Positions 8,376 through 16,329 of a stretch of 32,000 bases of DNA are shown piece by piece. The stretch lies in the sequence record OY253666.1. One strand, 5' to 3'. The notes under the pieces were generated by a model. That model ran no database searches. It was not told the origin of the DNA and was given only the letters and a program-made list of their open reading frames with translations. The position numbers were made by a program, and so were the translations under genes. Every line of letters begins with the position of its first letter. Position 1 is the stretch's first letter.

Positions 8376-11300
8376 TCAAATCACCTTACGGTAACATGAT
8401 GGACCAGAAGGCTCACGCTCCTCGAACGTAAGGGTGTCAGGGTCCAGCTTCCAGTTAGGTAGCGGCATTGTTAATGCGTACACGCCCACATCTAAACATA
8501 ACGACTGAAGCTCGAGTAAGAGAACACGGAATGCCTCCGAGGTTCCTAAATTAAACTCCTGAGCAGGAGGATTCATAGGGGTAGACTCGTCCATGTGAAA
8601 AGGAGTGGTATACCCGGGCGGCCCATCTGTCGGCTCAGGCTCAGCTTGTCTTGCTGTGAGCAAGTCTGTCTCTAGAATCGAATCCAGGGTGTTCACACGA
8701 CCTTCCAAATCATCGGACTTCACTGTTAATAATTCCTGTAAAGCGTAAGCCGCCCCATACGCTTCTAAGGCCCAGACCTCCATCTCGCCTAACCGTTGCC
8801 CTCCGTTGCGGGACCGGCCTCCGACTGGTTGTTGGGTAATCACGGCATATCCGCCCGTGGCGCGAGCGTGGATTTTCTCTTCAACCAAGTGAACGAGTTT
8901 TAACATATACGCCCGCCCGACTGTAACAAACTGATCAAACGGCTCCCCGGTGCGGCCATCAAAAACGCGCATTTTACCTGGAAAGTTCGGCTGGAAAAGC
9001 CATTTTTGTTTTGTCTTTAATCGCGCCTGATACAATTTTAAATAAACTAAACTTCGAGAGGCTTCCGGACCAAAAACTTCGTCAAAAGGCGTTACTCGGA
9101 ATTCTTGCCCGAGGTAGCTGCCAGCTAATCCCAACAGGCACTCAAACACCTGACCAACGTTCATACGTGACGGGACGCCAAGCGGATTTAAAATCATGTC
9201 AACGGTTGACCCATCTGGTAAATAAGGCATATCCTGGGGCGGTAAAATACACGAGATGATCCCCTTATTTCCGTGCCGCCCTGACACTTTATCCCCAACC
9301 TGAATGCGGCGTTTTTCAGCAATAAAAACGCGTACCTTGTACGGGATAAGTGAGGGAAGCTTATCCGGATATTTTGGATTCGTCCCGGTATGTTTTAACC
9401 GATTGCGTAACATATCACTCATAATCGGCCCATCGATTTTATCACTTTTAAGGACCTGCGTATTCACGATACGTCCACGAACACCGTGCGGGACTCGAAG
9501 GGAGACGTCTTTGCCTTTTTGGGGTTCACGGTCCAAAATATCATATGCCAGGCGCTCGTACGGGGTGAGGGGTATGATCTTGAGGGGGATTGATTTACCA
9601 ATTAAAATATCTCCAGGAACAACCCAGCGCCCCACACGCACGATGCCCGAATCATCAAGCGCCAAGTTGTTACGCATGGACAAGCCCGGGATTTTCCATT
9701 TTGTAATAACCTCCATATCTGGGCCGGTAAGTTGACGCACCTCAGTTTCATATTTTTCAATATGAATGGTTGTGTAAACCTCATCAAATACAAGCCGTTC
9801 GCTAATCATAACAGCATCCTCAAAATTATACCCTTCCCACGGAACATAGGCGACCAGTAAATTTTGGCCGAGTGCAAGACTGCCGTGTACACTGGCAGCG
9901 CAATCGGCTAATAAGTCCCCCCGTTGAACCCAGTCACCCTCATTCACAATGGGGCGATGAAGTAAGGCTGTTTCTTGGTTTGACCGATCGTAGGCATATA
10001 GGGGGTGGGTATGGTATGGCTTAGTCTTCGACGTATTTTGGGTATGCGGCCACTGGGGGCGAGGCTTCTGCAAATCGCGTGACGAATGTGTAGTAAAAGA
10101 CCCTGATTCGCCACGGTTAACGTAACTCGACTGCGAAATATCCGACGGGGCACCCAGAAAAAAACCCGGACACGCCGATGTAGCACCAGCAGGGAGTTGG
10201 GCCATTGAAATCGCCGGAGAATGTGAAGCACGAGTTGGATGCTGAACCACAATTCTCTGTGAACTGACATAGGACACAATTCCAGCATTCGCGGCTTGTA
10301 CAATATGCCCCGACTCCCCAACCACGAGCCCCTCCAAACCAGTCCCGACAATCGGGCGTTCGGGGCGCATAACTGGGACTGTTTGGCGTTGCATATTTGA
10401 GCCCATGAGCGCCCGGTTCGCATCATCATGCTCTAAAAACGGAATCAGTGATGTCGCAATGGACATTAACTGGGATGGAGCAATACTGATATAATCGATA
10501 TCTGCCCGATTCACACGAACAAAATCCTCTCGCACTTCCGTGACAACACGCGCTGGTAACTGCATGGGTGATAGGGCACCCGATGCGTCGCGGTAGAGGT
10601 CAGGTGGGGCGATACGAACGGGTCGTGATTGCTCCTGTGGAGGTGAAAAATATAACGGCCCGCGCCGCTCTTGGACCTGCCCACGAGCCACACGATAATA
10701 GGGGGTTTCAATGTACCCGTCTGTGGTCACATGACCAAACACGGTCAACGTGTTAACTAGACCGGCATTTTTACCTTCAGGGGTTTCAATAGGACAAATG
10801 CGTCCATAATGAGTCACGTGGATATTCCGCATGTCTAAATTCGCATTATCCCGACTCACACCCCCCGGACCCATAGCCGAGATACGTCGTTTGTGTGTTA
10901 CGTCAGATAACGGATTTACTTGGTCCAGGTATTGCGCTAAGGGGGTTGACGTCCCAAAAAATTCCCGAAATGCCTGATTCACCTGCTTAGACTCGATAAG
11001 AACTCGAGCTGGAACCGTATGTTTAAGCTGCCCTAAACGTCGCCTCACTGCTTTGCCCAGGTTTGAAAGCCCGAGATCCAACTGCGACTCGAAAAGGTCC
11101 CCCGCAGGGCGCACGCGGCGATTGGACAAATTGTCGATGTCGTCAATAACTTTGGTATTGTCCCGAATCGCCAATAAATACTCGTGAGCGGATTGTAAAT
11201 CATTGGCAGTTAACTGAAACGAGCGCTCATCAAGCTCTAACTTATTGTTGATAGAACTACGGGCCAAAAGCCCTAAATCGTATACTCGGGGATTTTTAAA

Positions 11301-12038
11301 GCGGCTATACAAAAATTGGTAGAGAGATTCTCCGGAATTTTCTGGACTCGCATGCAATCGAAGGCGTTTCGTAAGATCTTCAATAATTTCACTGTTTCGT
11401 TCGTATGAAGTGAAATAAGACGTAGTAGTAGGTGCCGCTAAATAATGCTCAACCGCTTTGAACGCGTCAATAACGTCGTGCAAATTCAGTTTTGGGGTGC
11501 GCTTTAAACACATCCATGAGGCACCTTTTTTATCCAATTGAATACGAACCCAGGTACCACGGCGGCAAATAAAATCGCCAAAAACAGTGCGTCCTGCACG
11601 TTCACCCGTTCCTTGAATAGCATCCCTAAAATATAATCCAGGACGTCGAACCACCTGGTTCACAATAACACGCGTTACCCCGTTAATAATGAATTGTCCT
11701 CGACTAGTCATAAACGGAAAATTCCCCACGAAAACCCAATGTGGAGATTCGACGGGCCGGTCACCAACCCACACGTGTGCTGGGACGTATATGCCCGCCT
11801 CGTAGGTTTTATTTCTCAAAGTTGCCTCCCGCGGTGTAAGGACAGGCCGAACCACTTGAAAGTGCTGGGGGTAAAGGACAAGACGAATGTTTTGGCGTGG
11901 AGCCTGAATGGGGTTGATTGTCCGCAAACTTCGAGCAATCCCAATGGTAATAAATTCACCAAATTTTTGACATTGAATATCGAGTAAATCGGGAACAAAG
12001 GCCTGCAGACGGTACCGCAATGAACGAAAAGATGACAT
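8376..12038 (-). CDS. rpoB: Plastid-encoded RNA polymerase beta subunit (RpoB)
   Basis: The ORF track gives 8376..12155. Motifs present: GRICPIETPEGKNAGLV, GSNMQRQTVP, SGRHGNKGI, LGEMEVWALEAYGAAY. The start is placed at Met40 (MSSFRSLRYRL.., ATG at 12036-12038). The upstream 39 codons are low-complexity and probably not translated. Confidence 0.9.
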   Translation of the reverse strand: MSSFRSLRYRLQAFVPDLLDIQCQKFGEFITIGIARSLRTINPIQAPRQNIRLVLYPQHFQVVRPVLTPREATLRNKTYEAGIYVPAHVWVGDRPVESPHWVFVGNFPFMTSRGQFIINGVTRVIVNQVVRRPGLYFRDAIQGTGERAGRTVFGDFICRRGTWVRIQLDKKGASWMCLKRTPKLNLHDVIDAFKAVEHYLAAPTTTSYFTSYERNSEIIEDLTKRLRLHASPENSGESLYQFLYSRFKNPRVYDLGLLARSSINNKLELDERSFQLTANDLQSAHEYLLAIRDNTKVIDDIDNLSNRRVRPAGDLFESQLDLGLSNLGKAVRRRLGQLKHTVPARVLIESKQVNQAFREFFGTSTPLAQYLDQVNPLSDVTHKRRISAMGPGGVSRDNANLDMRNIHVTHYGRICPIETPEGKNAGLVNTLTVFGHVTTDGYIETPYYRVARGQVQERRGPLYFSPPQEQSRPVRIAPPDLYRDASGALSPMQLPARVVTEVREDFVRVNRADIDYISIAPSQLMSIATSLIPFLEHDDANRALMGSNMQRQTVPVMRPERPIVGTGLEGLVVGESGHIVQAANAGIVSYVSSQRIVVQHPTRASHSPAISMAQLPAGATSACPGFFLGAPSDISQSSYVNRGESGSFTTHSSRDLQKPRPQWPHTQNTSKTKPYHTHPLYAYDRSNQETALLHRPIVNEGDWVQRGDLLADCAASVHGSLALGQNLLVAYVPWEGYNFEDAVMISERLVFDEVYTTIHIEKYETEVRQLTGPDMEVITKWKIPGLSMRNNLALDDSGIVRVGRWVVPGDILIGKSIPLKIIPLTPYERLAYDILDREPQKGKDVSLRVPHGVRGRIVNTQVLKSDKIDGPIMSDMLRNRLKHTGTNPKYPDKLPSLIPYKVRVFIAEKRRIQVGDKVSGRHGNKGIISCILPPQDMPYLPDGSTVDMILNPLGVPSRMNVGQVFECLLGLAGSYLGQEFRVTPFDEVFGPEASRSLVYLKLYQARLKTKQKWLFQPNFPGKMRVFDGRTGEPFDQFVTVGRAYMLKLVHLVEEKIHARATGGYAVITQQPVGGRSRNGGQRLGEMEVWALEAYGAAYALQELLTVKSDDLEGRVNTLDSILETDLLTARQAEPEPTDGPPGYTTPFHMDESTPMNPPAQEFNLGTSEAFRVLLLELQSLCLDVGVYALTMPLPNWKLDPDTLTFEEREPSGPSCYRKVI

Positions 12039-12179
12039 ACACGAAAACGGCGATGAAATGAGAAAGGTTAGGAAAGAGAAATTGAAAAAAGAAAGTTTAT
12101 TTGAACACACATCGCGTAAGACAAGCACATTGACTCTGCCAAACAGACTCGGCACACTTCTACCGTTATGCCGCTCTGG

Positions 12180-12209
12180 TTTACAAGCGGATTGCTTATA
12201 TGATAGTAT
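12180..12209 (+). promoter_or_regulatory. Candidate sigma70-type (PEP) promoter upstream of trnC: TTTACA-18 nt-TAGTAT
   Basis: Motif match by eye: -35 tttaca at 12180-12185 and -10 tagtat at 12204-12209, about 45 nt upstream of trnC. The 18-nt spacer is suboptimal. Confidence 0.25.
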
Positions 12210-12253
12210 GTAGGTAAGACACGAACATAAAGTATGAATACAGCATACAGTAC

Positions 12254-12325
12254 GACGGCATAGCCAAGTGGTAAGGCAGAGGATTGCAAATCCTTTATTC
12301 CCCAGTTCGAATCTGGGTGCCGCCT
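12254..12325 (+). tRNA. trnC: tRNA-Cys (GCA), with an A2:C71 acceptor-stem mismatch
   Basis: 72-nt cloverleaf. Anticodon stem gagga/tcctt, loop ttgcaaa giving anticodon GCA. T-arm cccag-ttcgaat-ctggg. Acceptor gacggca/tgccgcc, where position 2 (a) faces c. Confidence 0.8.
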
Positions 12326-12453
12326 ATGAAAAGATGGGCTTGTACAAACTGGCAGTATTATACTGTTTTAATGGTGCTCCGGATACGGCCTCCCATGATT
12401 CATCAGATAACATCACAGTGTAACAAACCCACTCTACATTATAACGTGAGTTG

Positions 12454-12477
12454 CCCCTCAAAACAAGAGGGGTTTTT
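12454..12477 (+). terminator. Stem-loop cccctc-aaaacaa-gagggg followed by T5
   Basis: Direct reading. The 6-bp GC-rich stem plus T-run lies between the convergent trnC (+) and trnY (-). It has an intrinsic-terminator-like shape on the + strand. In plastids such elements usually act as RNA 3'-end processing or stability signals. Confidence 0.45.
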
Positions 12478-12485
12478 ACGATCTT

Positions 12486-12567
12486 TGGGCCGAGCTGGAT
12501 TTGAACCAGCGTAGGCTAAGCCAGCGGAGTTACAATCCGCCCCATTTAACCGCTCTGGCATCGACCC
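12486..12567 (-). tRNA. trnY: tRNA-Tyr (GUA)
   Basis: The reverse complement folds as an 82-nt cloverleaf with a long variable arm. Acceptor gggtcga/tcggccc. Anticodon stem gcgga/tccgc, loop ttgtaac giving anticodon GTA. T-arm gctgg-ttcaaat-ccagc. Confidence 0.9.
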
Positions 12568-12605
12568 TTTATCCTTTGTACACAAAGTGTACCAGAAAAA
12601 GCGAC

Positions 12606-12642
12606 CTAAAAGCAACAGTATGGCGTATACTGTTGCTTTTAG
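12606..12642. repeat. Perfect 16-bp inverted repeat (ctaaaagcaacagtat / atactgttgcttttag) with a 5-nt loop, in the trnY-trnL spacer
   Basis: Direct reading; the arms are exact reverse complements. A second small hairpin, gtacac-aaa-gtgtac, lies at 12578-12592. Confidence 0.8.
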
Positions 12643-12671
12643 AGTTTGATGCGGCAATTACATACTGTATT

Positions 12672-12755
12672 TGGGGATAATGGGACTTGAACCCATATGA
12701 TTATAAAATCACCAGATTTTAAGTCCGGCGCGTCTACCAATTCCGCCATATCCCC
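12672..12755 (-). tRNA. trnL: tRNA-Leu (UAA), intronless
   Basis: The reverse complement folds as an 84-nt type-II tRNA. Acceptor ggggata/tatcccc. Anticodon stem ccgga/tctgg with a contiguous loop cttaaaa, giving anticodon TAA. It has a long variable arm and T-arm atggg-ttcaagt-cccat. Confidence 0.9.
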
Positions 12756-12892
12756 CGAAGTGAATACTTCACCGTACCAACAGTATACCATACTGACACC
12801 TCCTTGGCAATTACCTGCTTGAATACTAACTGCCGCCATGGTGTGACGGCACCACCGGCTTTAGTCCTAACAGCAACCTCCGAGACGTATAG

Positions 12893-14446
12893 TTACGCCC
12901 CGGCAGCCTCCTTCGCTGCGTACATTACCTCAACGGTAATACTCGAAATACTTCGCTCTTTAGCAAATTTTTCAGTATTTCGCTTAATTTTGGCACGTAC
13001 AAAGCCAGGAACTTTTTCTAGTTCACCCAAACCCTCCGGTGACCACTCAAGGCCATCTACGCCAGATAAGGATTTTGAAATCACCTCTTTGGTGTCGTGG
13101 CCACCAAAAATTTCTAATAAATGGTCCTCCATGCCAAGTGTAAATGAATTATACACAAGATCCGCAATCTGGTTTGTACCCTCATAACCTAAAAATGGTC
13201 GAAACCCGAGAGGGAAGTTTTGAATGTGTACCGGCGATGAAATCACCCCGCACGGCATGTCGAGGCGTTTGCCGATATGACGCTCCATTTGAGTCCCGAA
13301 GATAGCCGCGGGCTCCACGCGTGCGATGAGGTCACCTACCTGCGTATGATCATCCGTAACAAGAATTTCATCACAATAGTTTACAACCTGCTCACGAAAC
13401 CAATTACTTTCATGCTTACAATACGTACCTGCACAGACTACACGCACCCCCATCTCGCGGGCCAAAATTTTGGTCATCGCGGCCGCGTGAGTGGCATCCC
13501 CGAAAACAACAACTCTTTTTCCCGTCAAGTTTTGACAATCAATAGACCGCGAAAACCAAGCTGCTTGCGAAACAAACCGCGTTTGTTGGTCAATATATGT
13601 CGTCACCGCCGTCTCTGATAAGATTGGACTGTTATACAACTCACTGTGTTCGCCTTGCACCACACGTAGTGCGTCGAAGACCTCACGAATAAACGCAGCA
13701 ATGTCCACTAGACCCATCGGTATAGTTTGGGTGTAAGGCATACCCCACCCAGAACGAAGATATTCAGCAGTCATCAAACCAACTTCACGGTAGGGCACAA
13801 TGTTCACCCACGCTTTCGGTAGGTCCTGTAACGCGTGGACCGAGCACCCTTCTGGAATCACCAGATTCACGTCAATGCCCACGTCTTGGAGCAATCGTCT
13901 TAATTCACGGGTGTCGTGTTGGTTGTGAAAGCCGAGTGTAAACATCCCAATAATGTTTACACTCGGGCGTAGTGTTTTGGAGGTCGACTGATCTCGATGT
14001 TTCTCCAAATAGAAACGAACAACCTGTTCCAGAGTGCGGTCCGCAGCCTGTAATTCATTTACTCGGTAATGGTTTACGTCAGCAAGGAGGACATCAGCCG
14101 ATGCTTCCCTAGAAGCTCGATTGACGAAATTTTGTAGATCTTCTTGCAAAATACTTGAGGTACACGTCGGTGTGACTAGGATGAGGTCCGGCAGGTCTTC
14201 CCGATCCTTTCGGGTAATATTATCGACAACTTTTTCTTGAGACCCGCGTGCTAACACATGTCGATCAACAATACTGGCTGTAACGGGTGTAAAGTCGCGT
14301 TCACGCTCCAGCATAGAGCGCATCACATTAAAATAATCGTCCCCCAATGGGGCGTGCATAATCGCATGCACATTCTTAAACGAACTGGCAACCCGAAGGG
14401 TTCCGATGTGGGCTGGTCCCGCATACATCCAATAACATAATTTCAT
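12893..14446 (-). CDS. chlB: Light-independent protochlorophyllide reductase subunit B
   Basis: The ORF track gives 12893..14506. From Met21 the sequence reads [68 protein letters not shown], the canonical ChlB N-terminus. The ATG is at 14444-14446. Confidence 0.95.
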   Translation of the reverse strand: MKLCYWMYAGPAHIGTLRVASSFKNVHAIMHAPLGDDYFNVMRSMLERERDFTPVTASIVDRHVLARGSQEKVVDNITRKDREDLPDLILVTPTCTSSILQEDLQNFVNRASREASADVLLADVNHYRVNELQAADRTLEQVVRFYLEKHRDQSTSKTLRPSVNIIGMFTLGFHNQHDTRELRRLLQDVGIDVNLVIPEGCSVHALQDLPKAWVNIVPYREVGLMTAEYLRSGWGMPYTQTIPMGLVDIAAFIREVFDALRVVQGEHSELYNSPILSETAVTTYIDQQTRFVSQAAWFSRSIDCQNLTGKRVVVFGDATHAAAMTKILAREMGVRVVCAGTYCKHESNWFREQVVNYCDEILVTDDHTQVGDLIARVEPAAIFGTQMERHIGKRLDMPCGVISSPVHIQNFPLGFRPFLGYEGTNQIADLVYNSFTLGMEDHLLEIFGGHDTKEVISKSLSGVDGLEWSPEGLGELEKVPGFVRAKIKRNTEKFAKERSISSITVEVMYAAKEAAGA

Positions 14447-14565
14447 ACCAAAACCCTCACAGATTTGAAACAAATACAACGGCGGCAGATTGTCCACCGA
14501 AAACACGCGGTGATGGGCCGTTACATGTCCGCGCTATGGTCTCTTCAACCTTGTCAACGGCGCTG

Positions 14566-14631
14566 CCAACGGCGTCTCGCCGTTGGGCACGCGTGCGCGT
14601 ATGTATACATGGCGTGTACATCGCGTGTACA
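14566..14631. repeat. Cluster of short palindromes and direct repeats in the trnH-chlB spacer
   Basis: Four elements read directly. A 9-bp stem ccaacggcg-tct-cgccgttgg (14566-14586). A 10-nt palindrome gcacgcgtgc (14587-14596). A 10-nt palindrome atgtatacat (14601-14610). A tandem gcgtgtaca x2 (14612-14620 and 14623-14631). Confidence 0.7.
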
Positions 14632-14696
14632 CAAAGACTCAGATAATATTTGCATATAAAACACATACATGATTTTCGGCTTTCAGCCACGTTATC

Positions 14697-14769
14697 GGCG
14701 AACGACGGGAATTGAACCCGCGAATAATGGAGTCACAATCCATTGCCTTACCACTTGGCTACGCCCGCC
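14697..14769 (-). tRNA. trnH: tRNA-His (GUG) with encoded G-1
   Basis: Reverse-complement cloverleaf. Acceptor gcgggcg/cgttcgc with two G-U pairs. An extra 5' G sits opposite the discriminator c, which is a His identity feature. Anticodon stem atgga/tccat, loop ttgtgac giving anticodon GTG. Confidence 0.9.
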
Positions 14770-14855
14770 CTCACGAGTATCTTTGGTGTGCATTTGGTAC
14801 CACAAAGGCCAAAAGCGTGCGCAAAAAGCTCGTCAATTTGTCGCAAGTATACCGG

Positions 14856-14905
14856 GAGGTTTTAAGTAATGTCAAGTTAGTAGAGTCGACATTACTTAAA
14901 ACCTC
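14856..14905. terminator. Perfect 18-bp inverted repeat (gaggttttaagtaatgtc / gacattacttaaaacctc) with a 14-nt loop, downstream of psbJ
   Basis: Direct reading; the arms are exact reverse complements. It lies in the 3' region of the psbEFLJ cluster, between psbJ and trnH. Confidence 0.6.
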
Positions 14906-14931
14906 AATGCTCAGCATTTCAAAGCCGCATT

Positions 14932-14954
14932 TGGTTTATTGCGCCAATAAACCA
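14932..14954 (-). terminator. 10-bp stem-loop tggtttattg-cgc-caataaacca, 29 nt downstream of the psbJ stop
   Basis: Direct reading. The position is typical of a plastid mRNA 3'-end stabilising stem-loop. Confidence 0.55.
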
Positions 14955-14982
14955 CCAGTATAGTGCGCATATTACCATAGAA

Positions 14983-15111
14983 TTAAAGCGATGAGCCTAA
15001 TCCTACGTACGATCCATAAAAGAAAACAGCTAGCAGACCAATAGCGGCAAGGCCAACTACAGTCCCGACAAGCCACAATGGAATTCGTCCAGTAGTTCCA
15101 GTGTTAGACAT
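14983..15111 (-). CDS. psbJ: Photosystem II protein J
   Basis: Manual translation gives [42 protein letters not shown], which contains the canonical TGRIPLW...FFYGSY.GLGSSL. Confidence 0.92.
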   Translation of the reverse strand: MSNTGTTGRIPLWLVGTVVGLAAIGLLAVFFYGSYVGLGSSL

Positions 15112-15164
15112 TGTTTCTTCTCCTAAAAGAACTTTCGTACAAAGACGAAAGAAATAACGTGTAC

Positions 15165-15281
15165 TTAGTTAAAAATATAACTTGAGAATAGAACCGCGAG
15201 TACGAAAATTAACAGTAAACCCCAGTAAAGACTCGTACGGTTTAATTCAACTGATTGTTTATTTGGGTTTGGCGTAGACAT
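15165..15281 (-). CDS. psbL: Photosystem II protein L
   Basis: Manual translation gives [38 protein letters not shown], the canonical PsbL sequence. Confidence 0.95.
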   Translation of the reverse strand: MSTPNPNKQSVELNRTSLYWGLLLIFVLAVLFSSYIFN

Positions 15282-15305
15282 AAAAAGTTTAAGCGTAAAA
15301 ACGTA

Positions 15306-15479
<174 letters not shown>

Positions 15480-15731
15480 TTAATCAACTTGAGAAAGTTG
15501 TTTCACTTGCTCTAACGCATTAAAACGATCTGTAATTAACGGCGTCTCTTGACGATCTTCAGTGAAATATTCATTGGGGCGTGGACTTCCGAATACATCA
15601 TAGGCTAAACCTGTACTTACAAAAAGCCATCCAGCAATAAATAATGATGGGATTGTAATACTATGAATAACCCAGTAACGAATACTGGTTAAAATATCTG
15701 AAAACGGGCGTTCTCCTGTAGCACCAGACAT
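15480..15731 (-). CDS. psbE: Cytochrome b559 alpha subunit
   Basis: The ORF track gives 15480..15770. The canonical PsbE sequence begins at Met14 ([48 protein letters not shown]). A GAGGAG box lies upstream. Confidence 0.95.
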   Translation of the reverse strand: MSGATGERPFSDILTSIRYWVIHSITIPSLFIAGWLFVSTGLAYDVFGSPRPNEYFTEDRQETPLITDRFNALEQVKQLSQVD

Positions 15732-15821
15732 GGGATACTCCTCATTAAAACTATAGGCATGTTCAGGCACTGATCCTCGAAGACCTTCGAAAAGATTAAT
15801 GCTTGAAACGTATTGTGCTTT

Positions 15822-15850
15822 AGTATAATGTGTGGGGTGCAGCGAATCAA
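15822..15850 (-). promoter_or_regulatory. Candidate PEP promoter for psbEFLJ: TTGATT-17 nt-TATACT
   Basis: The minus strand reads ttgatt cgctgcaccccacacat tatact, about 90 nt upstream of the psbE ATG. A + strand TATAAT (15824-15829) overlaps the -10 box and faces trnL-GAG. Confidence 0.35.
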
Positions 15851-15921
15851 GGTTTATCTAAAACCGCCCACAGGCACCATCAGGTGTAGGTGTATACATA
15901 CCTATATGTACGTAAGACGAC

Positions 15922-15938
15922 GGGGGGGGGGGGGGGGG
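15922..15938 (+). repeat. G17 homopolymer in the divergent psbE / trnL-GAG spacer
   Basis: Direct count of 17 consecutive G. Confidence 0.95.
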
Positions 15939-16032
15939 TCAAGGACGTGGATCCGTGGGACGGTACTTTCGTCTACCAGAAAAATCTGATACACTTTTAT
16001 GGCACATCGGCCGTTGAACAATCAAATCTTAT

Positions 16033-16115
16033 GCTTCTGTGATGAAATGGTAGACATGCTACGTTGAGGTCGTAGTGCTGGTAACAGCATGGCGGTTCGA
16101 GTCCGCCCAGAAGCA
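16033..16115 (+). tRNA. trnL: tRNA-Leu (GAG)
   Basis: 83-nt type-II cloverleaf. Acceptor gcttctg/cagaagc. Anticodon stem ctacg/cgtag, loop ttgaggt giving anticodon GAG. It has a long variable arm and T-arm ggcgg-ttcgagt-ccgcc. Confidence 0.85.
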
Positions 16116-16252
16116 AACACATACCGCTCGCCCCAAACGCAAGGGCTCTTCCACGCAACGTGAGATGCATATATTTATGTGCATCGAAAATAGTCAAGTG
16201 GATATTTTTTTCTATAAGGATGAAGGTTTTTCATGAACGAAGACGGAGTGGA

Positions 16253-16284
16253 TAATAGTTTGCTGATAACCCAGCAAACTATTA
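16253..16284 (-). terminator. Perfect 13-bp stem-loop (taatagtttgctg / cagcaaactatta, 6-nt loop) about 45 nt downstream of the atpA stop
   Basis: Direct reading; the arms are exact reverse complements. The position is consistent with a 3'-end stabilising element for the atpI-H-F-A transcript. Confidence 0.6.
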
Positions 16285-16329
16285 AAACCGAGCTCCTATG
16301 CTGAGATGGCAGCAAACCGGGAATAAAAC

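Noticed and set aside
9304-10429. Track ORFs inside rpoB: 9304..9735 (+, 143 aa, antisense) and 9944..10429 (-, 161 aa, alternative frame across the insertion region).
   Set aside because: They are fully nested in a well-supported gene. Their Arg/Ser/Pro-rich composition is typical of off-frame reading of GC-rich DNA. There is no independent support.
1193-12038. Considered whether the rpo expansions could be inteins, introns or pseudogenising insertions.
   Set aside because: The reading frames are continuous with no stops. There are no intein splice-junction residues or homing-endonuclease motifs, and no group I or II intron boundary or domain V-like structure was noticed. They look like in-frame low-complexity expansions.
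12439-12839. Minus-strand track ORFs 12439..12657 and 12639..12839.
   Set aside because: They run through the trnY-GUA and trnL-UAA genes and their spacers, so they are artefacts of tRNA-rich sequence.
12804-13618. Antisense ORFs within chlB (12804..13187 and 13277..13618).
   Set aside because: They are nested antisense to a highly conserved CDS and have no motif resemblance.
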